Shown one piece after another: positions 16,488-25,769 of a DNA stretch of 64,000 bases. The DNA lies in assembly GCA_964591015.1 (NCBI GenBank), contig CAZPXM010000003.1, forward strand, positions 10,991-74,990. Direction: 5' to 3'. The notes under the pieces are model-generated. The model was not told the DNA's origin. It saw nothing but the letters and a program-made list of their open reading frames with translations, and made no database searches. The position numbers were made by a program, and so were the translations under genes. How positions within the stretch are numbered: the first letter of the stretch is position 1; every line of letters begins with the position of its first letter. This stretch comes from an uncultured Gemmatimonadaceae bacterium. GTDB lineage: Bacteria; Latescibacterota; UBA2968; UBA8231.

Positions 16488-17265
16488 TGCCGCGGTGTCC
16501 TGCCGGCGGCCGCAGCCGGCGCATCAGGGCCTGTCGCTCGCGGTCCCGCAGCGCGTCGAGCAGACGCTCTGCCTCGCGCCGGTCCATGCGCCCGGCCATG
16601 GGGGGCGGCGCGTCTCGACTCTCCTCCGCCGGTCCTGCAGGCGGCTGCGGCTGTTGTTCGTCCTCGGGCTGCATGTCTTGCTGGTCGCCGCTGCGCGGCT
16701 GCTGCCGGTCGCGCGGCTCGCCATCTGCGCGCCGCTGCTGGTCGGCCCCACCGGCCTGCGCTTCCTGCTGCTGTCTGGCGCCCTGCCCCTGGTCCTGCTG
16801 GCGGTTCTGCTGCCGCTGCTGTCGCTCCAGCCGCCGCAGCGCCAGCTCCAGGTTGGCCTTGGCATCCCGGTCATACGGGTCGTGCGCGAGCGCGCCGCGG
16901 TAGGCCGCCACCGCGCTCTCGAGTTCCTGCCGCGCCAGCAGCGCATTTCCCATGTTGTACAGCGCCCGGGCGCGGAGGCGGCGATCGCCCCCCGCTGCCG
17001 CTTGCTCCAGCTCGCGTGCCGCTGTCTCGACGTCGCCGCTCTTGAAGAGCGCGCTTCCCACGTTGTAGTGGAGCTGGGGCGAGTCGGGCTTCTCGATCTG
17101 GGCGTCCCGGTAGAGCCGCACGGCCGCCGCGAAGTCGCCCCGCCGGTACGCCTCCCGCCCCTCTTCGGCCCGTCGCGCGGCCCGGTCGCCGACCACGGCA
17201 CCCGTGAGGACGAGCCATGCCAGCGCCAGCAGGCAGCCGCGCCCGACACCAGCCAGGCCGCTCAT
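16477..17265 (-). CDS. batC: BatC-like TPR-repeat protein
   Basis: TPR repeats (AAVRLYRDAQ..., LHYNVGSALFKSGDVETA..., ALYNMGNALLARQELESAVAAYRGAL) are followed by a Q/R/D-rich low-complexity tail. The start was taken at MSGLAG (17265), which gives an ATGA overlap with the batB stop. Confidence 0.7.
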   Translation of the reverse strand: MSGLAGVGRGCLLALAWLVLTGAVVGDRAARRAEEGREAYRRGDFAAAVRLYRDAQIEKPDSPQLHYNVGSALFKSGDVETAARELEQAAAGGDRRLRARALYNMGNALLARQELESAVAAYRGALAHDPYDRDAKANLELALRRLERQQRQQNRQQDQGQGARQQQEAQAGGADQQRRADGEPRDRQQPRSGDQQDMQPEDEQQPQPPAGPAEESRDAPPPMAGRMDRREAERLLDALRDRERQALMRRLRPPAGHRGNDW

Positions 17266-18287
17266 GCGAACCTCCCCCGCCATTCGTGCGCCCGCGGCCT
17301 CCCCTCGCCCAGCAGAGCCTCCAGCACGAAGCAGAGCAAGCCCAGCGCGCCCGGGATCTGGAAGCGCTCCTCGTACGTGGTGACGCGCCGGGAGCCCAGC
17401 TCCTTCCCCTCCATCCCCCTCAGTTGCTCTGCCAGCTTCTCCAGTTCGCCCCCACCTAGGGTGCTGCGATAGTATTCGCCGCCGGCGACGCGTGCCACCT
17501 CCTGCAGCGCGCGCTCGTCGAGTCGGGTCTTCACCGGCTGGCCGTCGCTGTCGCGGTGAAAGCTCACCTCGCCCGCGGCACTGCGGACCGGGATCAGCTC
17601 ACCGCCAGGCGAGCCCACCCCGATCGTGAAAACCCGGACGCCCTCGGCCGCCAGGCGCCTGGCCTCGCCCAGCGCGTCACCTGTGTGGGCCTCGCCGTCC
17701 GAGAACACGACAACGGCCTTGTGCTGCCTGTCCTCAGGGTCGAAGCAGGTGCCCGCGGCCCGCAATGCGTCGCCCAGACTGGTTCCCTCGACCGCAACAG
17801 CCCCGCGGCCGGCAACCTCGAGCAGCAGCTCGATGGCCCCGTGGTCCAGCGTCAGCGGACACTGCACGAAGGCTTGCCCGGCGAACAGCACCAGGCCCAC
17901 CCGATCGCCCCGAAGCCGGTCCAACAGCGCGCGGATCTGCAGCGTGGCATGGTTCAGGCGGTTGGGTCTCACGTCTTCCGCCAGCATGCTGCGCGACACA
18001 TCCAGCACGATCACCGCGTCCAGGCCCCGCTGGGGCACCATGGACAGGCGCACGCCGAACTGCGGGCGCGCCAGAGCCAGGACCAGCCAGAACACGCCGC
18101 CCACGATCAGGGCGGCTCTGGCCAGGCGCCGCCCCGGCGTGGCGCCGGCCACCAGTCGGCGCACCAGAGGCTCCTCCGCAAACCGCGCCAGAGCCCGTCG
18201 CCGCCTCAGCGCCGACCAGGCGAGCAGGCCGGCCGCCAGCGGAACGAGCACCAGGAGCCACAGACACGCGGGAGCAGCGAAACGCAT
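17262..18287 (-). CDS. batB: BatB-like von Willebrand factor A (VWA) domain membrane protein
   Basis: N-terminal TM helices are followed by a VWA domain with the MIDAS motif VLDVSRSM. The protein is 341 aa. Confidence 0.85.
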   Translation of the reverse strand: MRFAAPACLWLLVLVPLAAGLLAWSALRRRRALARFAEEPLVRRLVAGATPGRRLARAALIVGGVFWLVLALARPQFGVRLSMVPQRGLDAVIVLDVSRSMLAEDVRPNRLNHATLQIRALLDRLRGDRVGLVLFAGQAFVQCPLTLDHGAIELLLEVAGRGAVAVEGTSLGDALRAAGTCFDPEDRQHKAVVVFSDGEAHTGDALGEARRLAAEGVRVFTIGVGSPGGELIPVRSAAGEVSFHRDSDGQPVKTRLDERALQEVARVAGGEYYRSTLGGGELEKLAEQLRGMEGKELGSRRVTTYEERFQIPGALGLLCFVLEALLGEGRPRAHEWRGRFA

Positions 18288-18297
18288 CTGCCAGACC

Positions 18298-19302
18298 TCA
18301 GGGAACCCGGCGCAGGCGCGTATAAGACAGCACCAGCTCGACGAGCAGCAGGACGAGTGCCGGTGCCAGCGCGTACGCGCAGCGCTCCGAGTAGTCCACG
18401 TGCAGGTGGCTGCGCACCTCGGTGCGTTCCATCTGACCGATCTCCCGGTATATCTCCTCCAGCTTCTCCTCGCTGTCCGCGCGGAAGTACCGGCCGCCGG
18501 CGCGGGCGGCCAGTTCGCGCATCATGGGTTCATCGATCTCCACCTGAATCGTCTGGTAGCGGGTGCCGAACACGCCCCGCACCGGCGCGCGGATCGTCCC
18601 CTGGCTGCCCACGCCGACGACATAGACCTTGATCCCCAGGGCAGCCACGGCTTCCGCTGCCGTCAGGGGCTCGATCTCGCCGGCGTTGTTCACGCCGTCG
18701 GTCAGCAGGATGATGACCTTGCTGCGCCCCTGAGCTTCGCGCAGCCGGTTGCCCGCGTTGATCAGCGCCATGCCGATCGCCGTGCCATCCCACGCCTGGT
18801 CCGCCACCTGCACCCCCGCGAGAATCTCGCGCAGCATGTCGTAGTCGAGCGTCAGCGGGCACTGCGTGAAGCTCTCTGCCGCGAAGACCACCATGCCGAT
18901 GCGGTCGCTCGCGCGTCCGGCGACGAAGTTGGCGAGCACCTCCTTGGCGACCTCCAGACGCGTCCTGCGCCCGCCCGCCAGGTCCTGCAGCTCCATGCTC
19001 GAGGACACGTCCAGAGTGAGCATGATGTCGATGCCCTCTGCCGTATGCTCGCGCACTTCGCGCCCAGCCTGCGGCCGGGCCAGTCCCAGGATCAGGCAAC
19101 ACAGGCCCCCGGCGCGCAGCACCGGCAGCAGTCCGCGCAGCCGCCCGGCCATGGTCGCCGGCAGCCGCTGGAGGGCACGGGCGTCCGAGTAGCGCACGAA
19201 GGCCCCTTGCCGCCGGTCGCGGTGCTTCTGGTAGTAGACCAGCAGGGGCACCAGCAGCAGCAGGAGCAGCCACTCGGGCGCGGCGAACCGAACCGTGCTC
19301 AT
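18298..19302 (-). CDS. batA: BatA-like von Willebrand factor A (VWA) domain membrane protein
   Basis: N-terminal TM helices are followed by a VWA domain with the MIDAS motif LDVSSSM. The protein is 334 aa. Its ATG overlaps the upstream stop (ATGA). Confidence 0.85.
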   Translation of the reverse strand: MSTVRFAAPEWLLLLLLVPLLVYYQKHRDRRQGAFVRYSDARALQRLPATMAGRLRGLLPVLRAGGLCCLILGLARPQAGREVREHTAEGIDIMLTLDVSSSMELQDLAGGRRTRLEVAKEVLANFVAGRASDRIGMVVFAAESFTQCPLTLDYDMLREILAGVQVADQAWDGTAIGMALINAGNRLREAQGRSKVIILLTDGVNNAGEIEPLTAAEAVAALGIKVYVVGVGSQGTIRAPVRGVFGTRYQTIQVEIDEPMMRELAARAGGRYFRADSEEKLEEIYREIGQMERTEVRSHLHVDYSERCAYALAPALVLLLVELVLSYTRLRRVP

Positions 19303-20303
19303 GGGCGGGCGACCTGTGCGTGCGGCGATGCCGCCGCGGGCTCCCCGGGGCTGGCGGCGGCCTCGAGCTCGGCGGCTCGCTGCTGCGCCAACCAGCGGTC
19401 CACTCGCTCGACCAGCGCCACGCCGAGGTGCGGAGCGCGGCGCGCTGCCATCAAGGAAGGAACCAGCTTGGCGAACTTGACCAGATCGGCGGTGCTCAGG
19501 AACTCCCCGACCGCCGCGATCGTCCCTGCATCCAGGCCGGTCGCGGTCAGTTCGCGCACCAGCTCATCCGTGGTGCACTCGAGCGCATGCACCCCCAGGC
19601 GTTGCTCGAGATGGCGCCGCAGGTTGTCGGCCAGCAGCGTGTAGTACTCCTTGACCTCACCGCGATCCAGATGCCCCAGGGCCGCGATCCGCAGGAACTC
19701 GGCGGCATAGTCGGTCGGCGGCGCCGGCGGCGCTGGCGGCGCCGGTCCTGGCCGCCGCCACCAGTAGTACCCGCAACCGCCGAGGACGCCCAGGGCGAGC
19801 AGACTGCCGGCGACGACGACCCACAGAGGAACACCGCCGGGCACCTTGACCGGCGGGTGGATGTCGCGCGGCTCCTCGTCTCCCTCCTCGCGCACGCCGA
19901 CGACCTCGACGCGCAGGGGCTCGGTCGACTGCCAGAGCGTGTCGCCGGACGCGGTGGCGAACGCCACGCTCAGCGACGGCACCTCCGCCGCTCCCAGCGC
20001 GAAGAACTGGAGGGTCGCCCGGTAGACGACCACCGTGCTGTCGCCGCGTCGCACGGGCGGGTCCGGCTCGGGCAGCTCGGTCGCCAGCTCGCCGAGCCAG
20101 CCAGCCAGATCCGGCGGCTGCAGCCGGTGCTCCGCCCCGTACCGGAGTTCCAGGCGCAAGCGGACCGGATCGCCCAGCGCGACCCGCTGCGTGTCGAGCG
20201 AGGCCCGGGCATGGGGCAAGGCGGCCGCTGCGGAACCCAGGACGCTCGGCAGCAGTCCCAGGCAGATGCACGCGAGCAGCCGCCGGCGCCGCCTGCACAT
20301 CAC
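19299..20303 (-). CDS. Hypothetical membrane protein (signal peptide, periplasmic domain, TM, cytoplasmic helical domain; DUF4381-like position in a Bat operon)
   Basis: The signal peptide is MMCRRRRRLLACICLGLLPSVLGSAAAA and the central TM is LWVVVAGSLLALGVLGGCGYYWW. It sits immediately upstream of batA, as in canonical Bat operons. Both ends have ATGA overlaps. Confidence 0.6.
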   Translation of the reverse strand: MMCRRRRRLLACICLGLLPSVLGSAAAALPHARASLDTQRVALGDPVRLRLELRYGAEHRLQPPDLAGWLGELATELPEPDPPVRRGDSTVVVYRATLQFFALGAAEVPSLSVAFATASGDTLWQSTEPLRVEVVGVREEGDEEPRDIHPPVKVPGGVPLWVVVAGSLLALGVLGGCGYYWWRRPGPAPPAPPAPPTDYAAEFLRIAALGHLDRGEVKEYYTLLADNLRRHLEQRLGVHALECTTDELVRELTATGLDAGTIAAVGEFLSTADLVKFAKLVPSLMAARRAPHLGVALVERVDRWLAQQRAAELEAAASPGEPAAASPHAQVARP

Positions 20304-21733
20304 AGATCGTCGCCGGGACGGGCCTCCACGGGCGCTCCGCCGTCGGCCTGGGGCGCCGCCGGCGCGTCCACCTCGGCCAGATCCGGCAGGCGAAGATCGA
20401 TCGCCTCGAACTCGCTGCGCAGCACGCGGTAAACCGTCGGATCACCGGCGCAGAAGGCGTAGAGCGTGTCGCCCGTCGTCCCGGCCAGACGCACCTGCGC
20501 CAGCTGCCCTGCGTCGCCCGCCAGGCTGGCGGTCAGGAGGGGGGCCGCGCGACTCGCCTGCCGATCTCCCGCCGCCACGAAACCGGCTGCCTCCAGGTTC
20601 TCCAGATCGGTGAGCAACCCGCTGATCTTCCACGACTTCGCCGGCAATCGCCGCGGCACGACGACCGACCACGCTTCGCCGCTGTCGCGCACTGCGGCGA
20701 CGGTCTCGCCGCCCGCGTGCGCCAGCTCGATCCGGGTCACGGCGCTGCGGTCGAAGCGGAGCAGCTTCTTGTCGCGCAGATCGTCGAACCTCTTGGCCAG
20801 ATCGCCGACCAGCAGCGAGTCCACCTCGAACACCTGCCGCGCGCTCATGTCGCGCGCGAAATAGCCGCCGCCGGCTGTCCTGTTGCCCACGCGCAGCCGC
20901 TTCTCGGCCCGCTCGGCCCCGATGAACAGCGTCAACTCGAGCGTGCTGACCGGCGCCAGCCCGAACCCGGCCAGCTCCGGCTCGCCCGGGCTCTCCGCCA
21001 CGAAGGCCTTGACCTTGCCGTTGGCCAGGCGGCTGAGCAGCGACCGCACCGCCGCCTGGTCGGCGCGCGTGCGCGCGGGCGCCGTGATCTGCCACGAGGC
21101 CTGCTCCACCCGCTCTGCGGCCACGGTCGACTCGGGCCAGTCCAGCCGGATCGCCTGGACCTGCTCCTGATCGAACGGCAGCACGCGCCGGTCGCGCAGG
21201 TCGAAGGCCCCCTTGTTGAGGTTGTCGAAGCGCCATAGTCTGACGACGAAGATCTGGCGGTTGGCGCCGCGCTGCTGCGCATAGGCGTAGCGTTCGGCAG
21301 GCGACTCGGCGCCGAACACGATCGTGTCGAGCGGCCCCGAAGCCAGCTCGACGAGGACGCGCAGCCGGGGGCGATCCAGCCCATAGCGGGCGGCCAGCGC
21401 CTCGTTGCCCGCCGCAGCGGCACTGTCAGCGACCACGCGCTCGCGCTCCGTCTCGCGCAGGTTGCGCAGCAGCCGCTCGACCGCTTCCTGATCGGCGACA
21501 TCCTCCACCGGCGCGCGCAGGCGCCACTCGTCATCCTCTCGCTGCAGCACGACCAGGGTGTCCCCCCGGTCCAGCTCGACGCGCCTCGCCGCGCTCTCCT
21601 CGAAGCTGAGCAGCTCCTTGGCCCGTTCGATCTCGGTCCGTCGCTGCTCTCCGCCTCTGATCTCGTGATAGTAGACGAAGGCGAGCAACGCCACGAAGAT
21701 GGCGCCGACGATCAGATTGGTCCGCAGACTCAT
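20300..21733 (-). CDS. DUF4340-like protein with N-terminal membrane anchor and three internal repeats
   Basis: The N-terminal TM is LIVGAIFVALLAFVYY. Three repeats of about 100 aa each contain the pattern W..P...ADQ.AV..LL..L......FV. It lies directly downstream of the GldG-like gene. Confidence 0.6.
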   Translation of the reverse strand: MSLRTNLIVGAIFVALLAFVYYHEIRGGEQRRTEIERAKELLSFEESAARRVELDRGDTLVVLQREDDEWRLRAPVEDVADQEAVERLLRNLRETERERVVADSAAAAGNEALAARYGLDRPRLRVLVELASGPLDTIVFGAESPAERYAYAQQRGANRQIFVVRLWRFDNLNKGAFDLRDRRVLPFDQEQVQAIRLDWPESTVAAERVEQASWQITAPARTRADQAAVRSLLSRLANGKVKAFVAESPGEPELAGFGLAPVSTLELTLFIGAERAEKRLRVGNRTAGGGYFARDMSARQVFEVDSLLVGDLAKRFDDLRDKKLLRFDRSAVTRIELAHAGGETVAAVRDSGEAWSVVVPRRLPAKSWKISGLLTDLENLEAAGFVAAGDRQASRAAPLLTASLAGDAGQLAQVRLAGTTGDTLYAFCAGDPTVYRVLRSEFEAIDLRLPDLAEVDAPAAPQADGGAPVEARPGDDL

Positions 21734-21736
21734 CTC

Positions 21737-24700
21737 TCATCCCCTTATCCGGGCGATGGTCCCCCGCACCCAGGCCACGATCGCCGCATTGACGGCGAGG
21801 ACGGCTGCGTAGACGAGCTTGATCGTGTCGTGCGGGATGAACCGGTAGCCGGCCGCGGCGCATGCCACGGCCAGCACCAGCGCCAGCTTCCAGACCCAGC
21901 GCGAGCGCGTGTTCAGTCCGTGCACCACCACGGCCCCCGCCAACGCCAGTGCCAGCCATCCCTCTCCGGCCATCCACTTTCCCTCGCTCAGGCGCACCAC
22001 CGCCGCGATGGCCAGGAAGAGCGCGTTGGCCGCGAAGGTGTAGATCAGCCAGCTGAGCACGCCTCCCGCGGAGCCCCAGTAGGCGCGCCGAAGCACGACC
22101 ACCAGGCCCGACAGGGCGACCGCGAACGGCACGATGAACACCGCCACCCACAGCACCACCGTGCCAGCATTCCCCACCAGATTGATGGGATTGAAGCGGG
22201 GCCGGCGCGCGGCGATCTGCAGACGCTTCTCGCCCTCCGCGAGCCAGGTCATGCTGCCCACCAGCAGCTCGCCGTTGGCCTGCTGGCCGAAGTACTGATT
22301 GGTCGCGAAGTCGGTGTCGCCGAACACGACCATGCGGGCGCGCTCCGCCGGTCCCTGCGTGGTGTCCGGCGCCACGGTTGCCGCCACCGCCAGCGAGATC
22401 GGCCCCCTGAGATCCTCGGCCGGATCGAACGCCACCTGGCCGCCGGCTCCGGTCAGCGCTGCCAGATCCGATTCCCCCCAGCTGTTCCGGTCGGTGAACA
22501 CCAGCGGGGTGACCTGAGCATCGCGCGCTCGGCCCGGACTGGCGGCCACGGACCGCGCCAGCGGGAAGAAGCTCATGACGCCCTGGCCGATCCTCTCGGT
22601 CACGGCGTGCTTCCCGTAGTTGATGACCACGGGGACCCACACGTCGGCGCCGATGATCTGCCCGAGGCCGCTCAGGTCGACCACGAAGTTGTTCCCGACA
22701 GCGATCCCGAGGTCCGCGAGCACAGCCTCCACCCCCGACCGCGTGGCTGGGTCGAGCAGCAGCAGCGCCCGCCCGCCGCGGTCCACATGGCTCCGCAGTG
22801 CCGCGATCTCCTCGGGAGCGAAGGGGCTCTTCGGACCCAGGACGGCCAGCAGATCGGTCTCCACGCGCAACTCGTCGCGCCCGAGCCGGAAGTTGTCGAC
22901 TATCTCCAGGTTCATCTCCGCCAGGCGCCCCCGCAGGATGCTGAACCCGGGTCCATCGACCTGGTTCAGGTCGCCTTCGCCGTGCCCTGCCGTGAAGCAC
23001 ACCCGCACGTGCCGCGCCTCGAGTGCCCGGCGGATGGCGTTGGTCAGCGCCTCCTCGGTGGGCTCCGAGGCGCGTTCGGTGCGGACCCGGCCGCCGGCAG
23101 TGACCTCGACGATCGAGGTGCCTGGCTCGCGGATCCCGTACTGCTTGACCGCCAGCGCGTTCCGCTGCGGATCGACAAACTCGAAGTCGAAGTTCCGCGA
23201 GCGGTACCGGTACTCGGTCAGCAGATCGCGCAACCGCATCCCGGCCGTCTCGTTCAGGAAGACCTTCACCTGCGCGTACGCCGGCGCCTCCTCCAGCGAC
23301 CGAAGCACGTTCACCGTCTGCCTGTCCAGCGTGAAGAGCTTCTCCGCCGTCAGATCCAGGCGGTGATGGTACCGGTCGCCGAGGAAGTTGACCACGGCGA
23401 CCACGCCCAGCGACAGGACGACGCCCACGCCCGCCGCGGCGAGCTCGGCCATGCTCCACCGCCCGGTTCGCGACACGATGAGCATGCCCGCCAGCGCCAC
23501 GGCTACCGGCATGAAGACGACGGTGATCCAGAACACCCAGCGGGCCTGGCTGCCGGTGAGCGCGATCGGGCTGTGGCCGGCCTCCCGCGGCCGGATGGCG
23601 ATGAGCGCCTCGTCCTCGACCAGCCAGCTCACCGCGTTCAGCACCAGATCACCGTTGCCCTGGTAGCCGAAGAACTGGTCGGTGGCGAAATCGGCGTCCC
23701 CGAAGACCACCAGCCGGGCGGAGCGGCCGTCGCGGCTGGCCGGCGCGGATACGGCGACCGCCAGCGGCACCGGGCCGGCTCTGTCGACCGCAGGATCCAT
23801 GCGCACGGTCTTCGCGCCCCCCGGTTCCAGCACGCTCAGATCGGCCTCCGCCCACCCCTTGCTGCTGGTGCGCACCAGCTCGGCGCCGTCCACACCCGGC
23901 CGGCGCTGCTCGTCGAGACGCACGGACCTGGCCACCTGGTAGAACGTCATCAGGCCACGGTGCTTGGCCGCGATGGCATGGTCGCCGTACTCCACCGCGA
24001 TCGGCGTGGTGAAGTCCAGCCCGAAGAGCGACCCGATGCCGCTGGTGTCGATGACGAAGTCGTCGCCGACGATGACACCATAGTCCGCAAGCAGCTCCTC
24101 CAGTCCCGTGTGCGGTCCCGGGTCGAGCAGCGCCAGCAGCGCCCCGCCGCCATCCAGATACCGGCGGATCGCCTGCAGCTCGTTGTCGAGGAAGCGGCTG
24201 CGGGGCCCCGCGACGAGCAACAGCGAGCAGTCGTCGGGCACTCTCCCTGCGCGCGCCAGAAAGAGCGAGTCGGCCAGCGCGTAGTCGGTCTCCTCCAGAC
24301 GCGCCTTCAGCATCTTGAGGGCTCGCGAGCCCTGACCCAGCCCCACCTCGCCGTGCCCGACGGTCAGGTAGACCCGCTCGCTCCGGTCACGGAGCAGCTT
24401 GAGGAGCGCATTGGTCACCTCCTTCTCCGTCACCTCGGTGACCTTCTGCTGGCGGCCCCCTGCCCGCAGCACCAGGGTGCCGTACTGGTCGACGCCGGCT
24501 TGCTGCGCGCGTTCTGGCTCCCGGACCGGGTCCACCAGCTCGAACGAAAAGTGCGGGCTGTGCACCGCATAGCCCTTCAGCAGCGCCGCCAGCTTCTCGT
24601 CCTTCCCGTTCTCGACGAAGGCCGTCGCTTCCACGTCCTGCTGCAGCGACGCCAGTGTCTGGCGCGACAGCTCCGCAAGGCTGTGCAGCTTGCCCTTGGT

Positions 24701-24973
24701 CACATCCAGTCTGTGCGGGTACCGGTCGGCCAGGAAGTTGAGCATGACCACGATGCCAAGCACCATGATCCCGCCCCAGAACGCGTTCAGCCAGCGCCCG
24801 TACTGCCGGAACAGCGCCGGATTGAGCGCGCCGGCAGCGATGATCAGGACGGCGCCCACGCCCACGTTGGCCAGGGCCGCGCTGCCTGCGCCGGGATTCA
24901 ACAGGTAGGCCAGGCCACCCGCCAGGACCAGCGCCGCACCGAGCAGACTCAGCGGTGTGGTGAGTGCCTTCAT
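21737..24973 (-). CDS. GldG-like ABC-transporter auxiliary protein, tandem duplicated (two GldG modules fused, 1078 aa)
   Basis: Two homologous halves of about 520 aa each begin with a TM segment plus NFL[AG]DRYxHRLD[VL]T. Each contains a GHGE motif and VVFGD[AT]DFAT[DN]QxFG followed by a TM. Extra C-terminal TM helices follow. The ATG lies 1 nt after the permease stop. Confidence 0.8.
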   Translation of the reverse strand: MKALTTPLSLLGAALVLAGGLAYLLNPGAGSAALANVGVGAVLIIAAGALNPALFRQYGRWLNAFWGGIMVLGIVVMLNFLADRYPHRLDVTKGKLHSLAELSRQTLASLQQDVEATAFVENGKDEKLAALLKGYAVHSPHFSFELVDPVREPERAQQAGVDQYGTLVLRAGGRQQKVTEVTEKEVTNALLKLLRDRSERVYLTVGHGEVGLGQGSRALKMLKARLEETDYALADSLFLARAGRVPDDCSLLLVAGPRSRFLDNELQAIRRYLDGGGALLALLDPGPHTGLEELLADYGVIVGDDFVIDTSGIGSLFGLDFTTPIAVEYGDHAIAAKHRGLMTFYQVARSVRLDEQRRPGVDGAELVRTSSKGWAEADLSVLEPGGAKTVRMDPAVDRAGPVPLAVAVSAPASRDGRSARLVVFGDADFATDQFFGYQGNGDLVLNAVSWLVEDEALIAIRPREAGHSPIALTGSQARWVFWITVVFMPVAVALAGMLIVSRTGRWSMAELAAAGVGVVLSLGVVAVVNFLGDRYHHRLDLTAEKLFTLDRQTVNVLRSLEEAPAYAQVKVFLNETAGMRLRDLLTEYRYRSRNFDFEFVDPQRNALAVKQYGIREPGTSIVEVTAGGRVRTERASEPTEEALTNAIRRALEARHVRVCFTAGHGEGDLNQVDGPGFSILRGRLAEMNLEIVDNFRLGRDELRVETDLLAVLGPKSPFAPEEIAALRSHVDRGGRALLLLDPATRSGVEAVLADLGIAVGNNFVVDLSGLGQIIGADVWVPVVINYGKHAVTERIGQGVMSFFPLARSVAASPGRARDAQVTPLVFTDRNSWGESDLAALTGAGGQVAFDPAEDLRGPISLAVAATVAPDTTQGPAERARMVVFGDTDFATNQYFGQQANGELLVGSMTWLAEGEKRLQIAARRPRFNPINLVGNAGTVVLWVAVFIVPFAVALSGLVVVLRRAYWGSAGGVLSWLIYTFAANALFLAIAAVVRLSEGKWMAGEGWLALALAGAVVVHGLNTRSRWVWKLALVLAVACAAAGYRFIPHDTIKLVYAAVLAVNAAIVAWVRGTIARIRG

Positions 24974-24974
24974 C

Positions 24975-25769
24975 CTAGCGTCTCCATCGTCTGGACTCGA
25001 TCACCCGCGAGGTGACGAACAGGCTGAAGAAGATGAAGCTCAGGTAGAAGACCACATCCTTGGTGTCGATGACCCCCCGCTGGAAGTCCTGCAGGTGCTC
25101 GATGAAGGACAGGTACTTGAGGATCTTGGCGGAGGTCGGCCCGGCGAAACTGGCCGACCAGTCGATCAGCCATAGCAGCAGCAACATGCCGAAAGAGACC
25201 AGGACCGCCACGATCTGGTTCTCCGTCAGGGCTGACCCCAGGATGCCCACCGAGATGAACGCCCCGCCCAGCAGCAGGTAGCCCAGGTAGCCCGAGAAGA
25301 TGGGCCCCCAGTCGGGCGACCCGTACAGCTCGAGGATGCCGAAGTACACCAGCGTGAGCGCCACGATCATCGCGTACAGCGACAGGCAGGCGAGAAACTT
25401 GCCGAGCAGCAGTTGCACGGTGGACACGGGGGAGGTGAGCAGCAGCTCGATCGTGCCCGTCTTCTTCTCCTCGGCGAAGAGGCGCATGGTGAGCATGGGG
25501 ATGACCAGCAGCCAGATGAAGTCCATGACCGCGAAGAACTCGGTCACGACCAGCTCGTTCAGGTTCAGGCTGGGCATCCCGCTCATGTTCATCATCTGGG
25601 CCCGCTGGGCGTAGATCAGGCACCACTGGTTGAACTGCATCAGGATGTTGCGGAACAGATAGCCCGAGAGGAACAGGAACACACCGGCGATGACGTAGGC
25701 CACCGGCGAGACGAAGTAGGAGCGCATCTCCTTGGCGTAAACCGCAATCATGTTACGCATCGCGAACAC
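24975..25769 (-). CDS. ABC-2 family transporter permease (GldF-like)
   Basis: This is a six-TM ABC-2 type permease of 264 aa. It overlaps the ATPase gene end. An alternative start is MRNM, 9 nt downstream. Confidence 0.8.
   Translation of the reverse strand: MFAMRNMIAVYAKEMRSYFVSPVAYVIAGVFLFLSGYLFRNILMQFNQWCLIYAQRAQMMNMSGMPSLNLNELVVTEFFAVMDFIWLLVIPMLTMRLFAEEKKTGTIELLLTSPVSTVQLLLGKFLACLSLYAMIVALTLVYFGILELYGSPDWGPIFSGYLGYLLLGGAFISVGILGSALTENQIVAVLVSFGMLLLLWLIDWSASFAGPTSAKILKYLSFIEHLQDFQRGVIDTKDVVFYLSFIFFSLFVTSRVIESRRWRR

Noticed and set aside
15420-19644. Several plus-strand ORFs (15420..17045, 17556..18632, 17626..19644) antisense to the bat genes
   Set aside because: Typical high-GC antisense ORFs. 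The minus-strand genes carry VWA/MIDAS and TPR motifs and ATGA-coupled junctions.
21665-25015. 1116-aa plus-strand ORF antisense to the GldG-like gene
   Set aside because: Low-complexity R/G/P/H-rich translation. The minus strand encodes clear duplicated GldG modules with TM helices.
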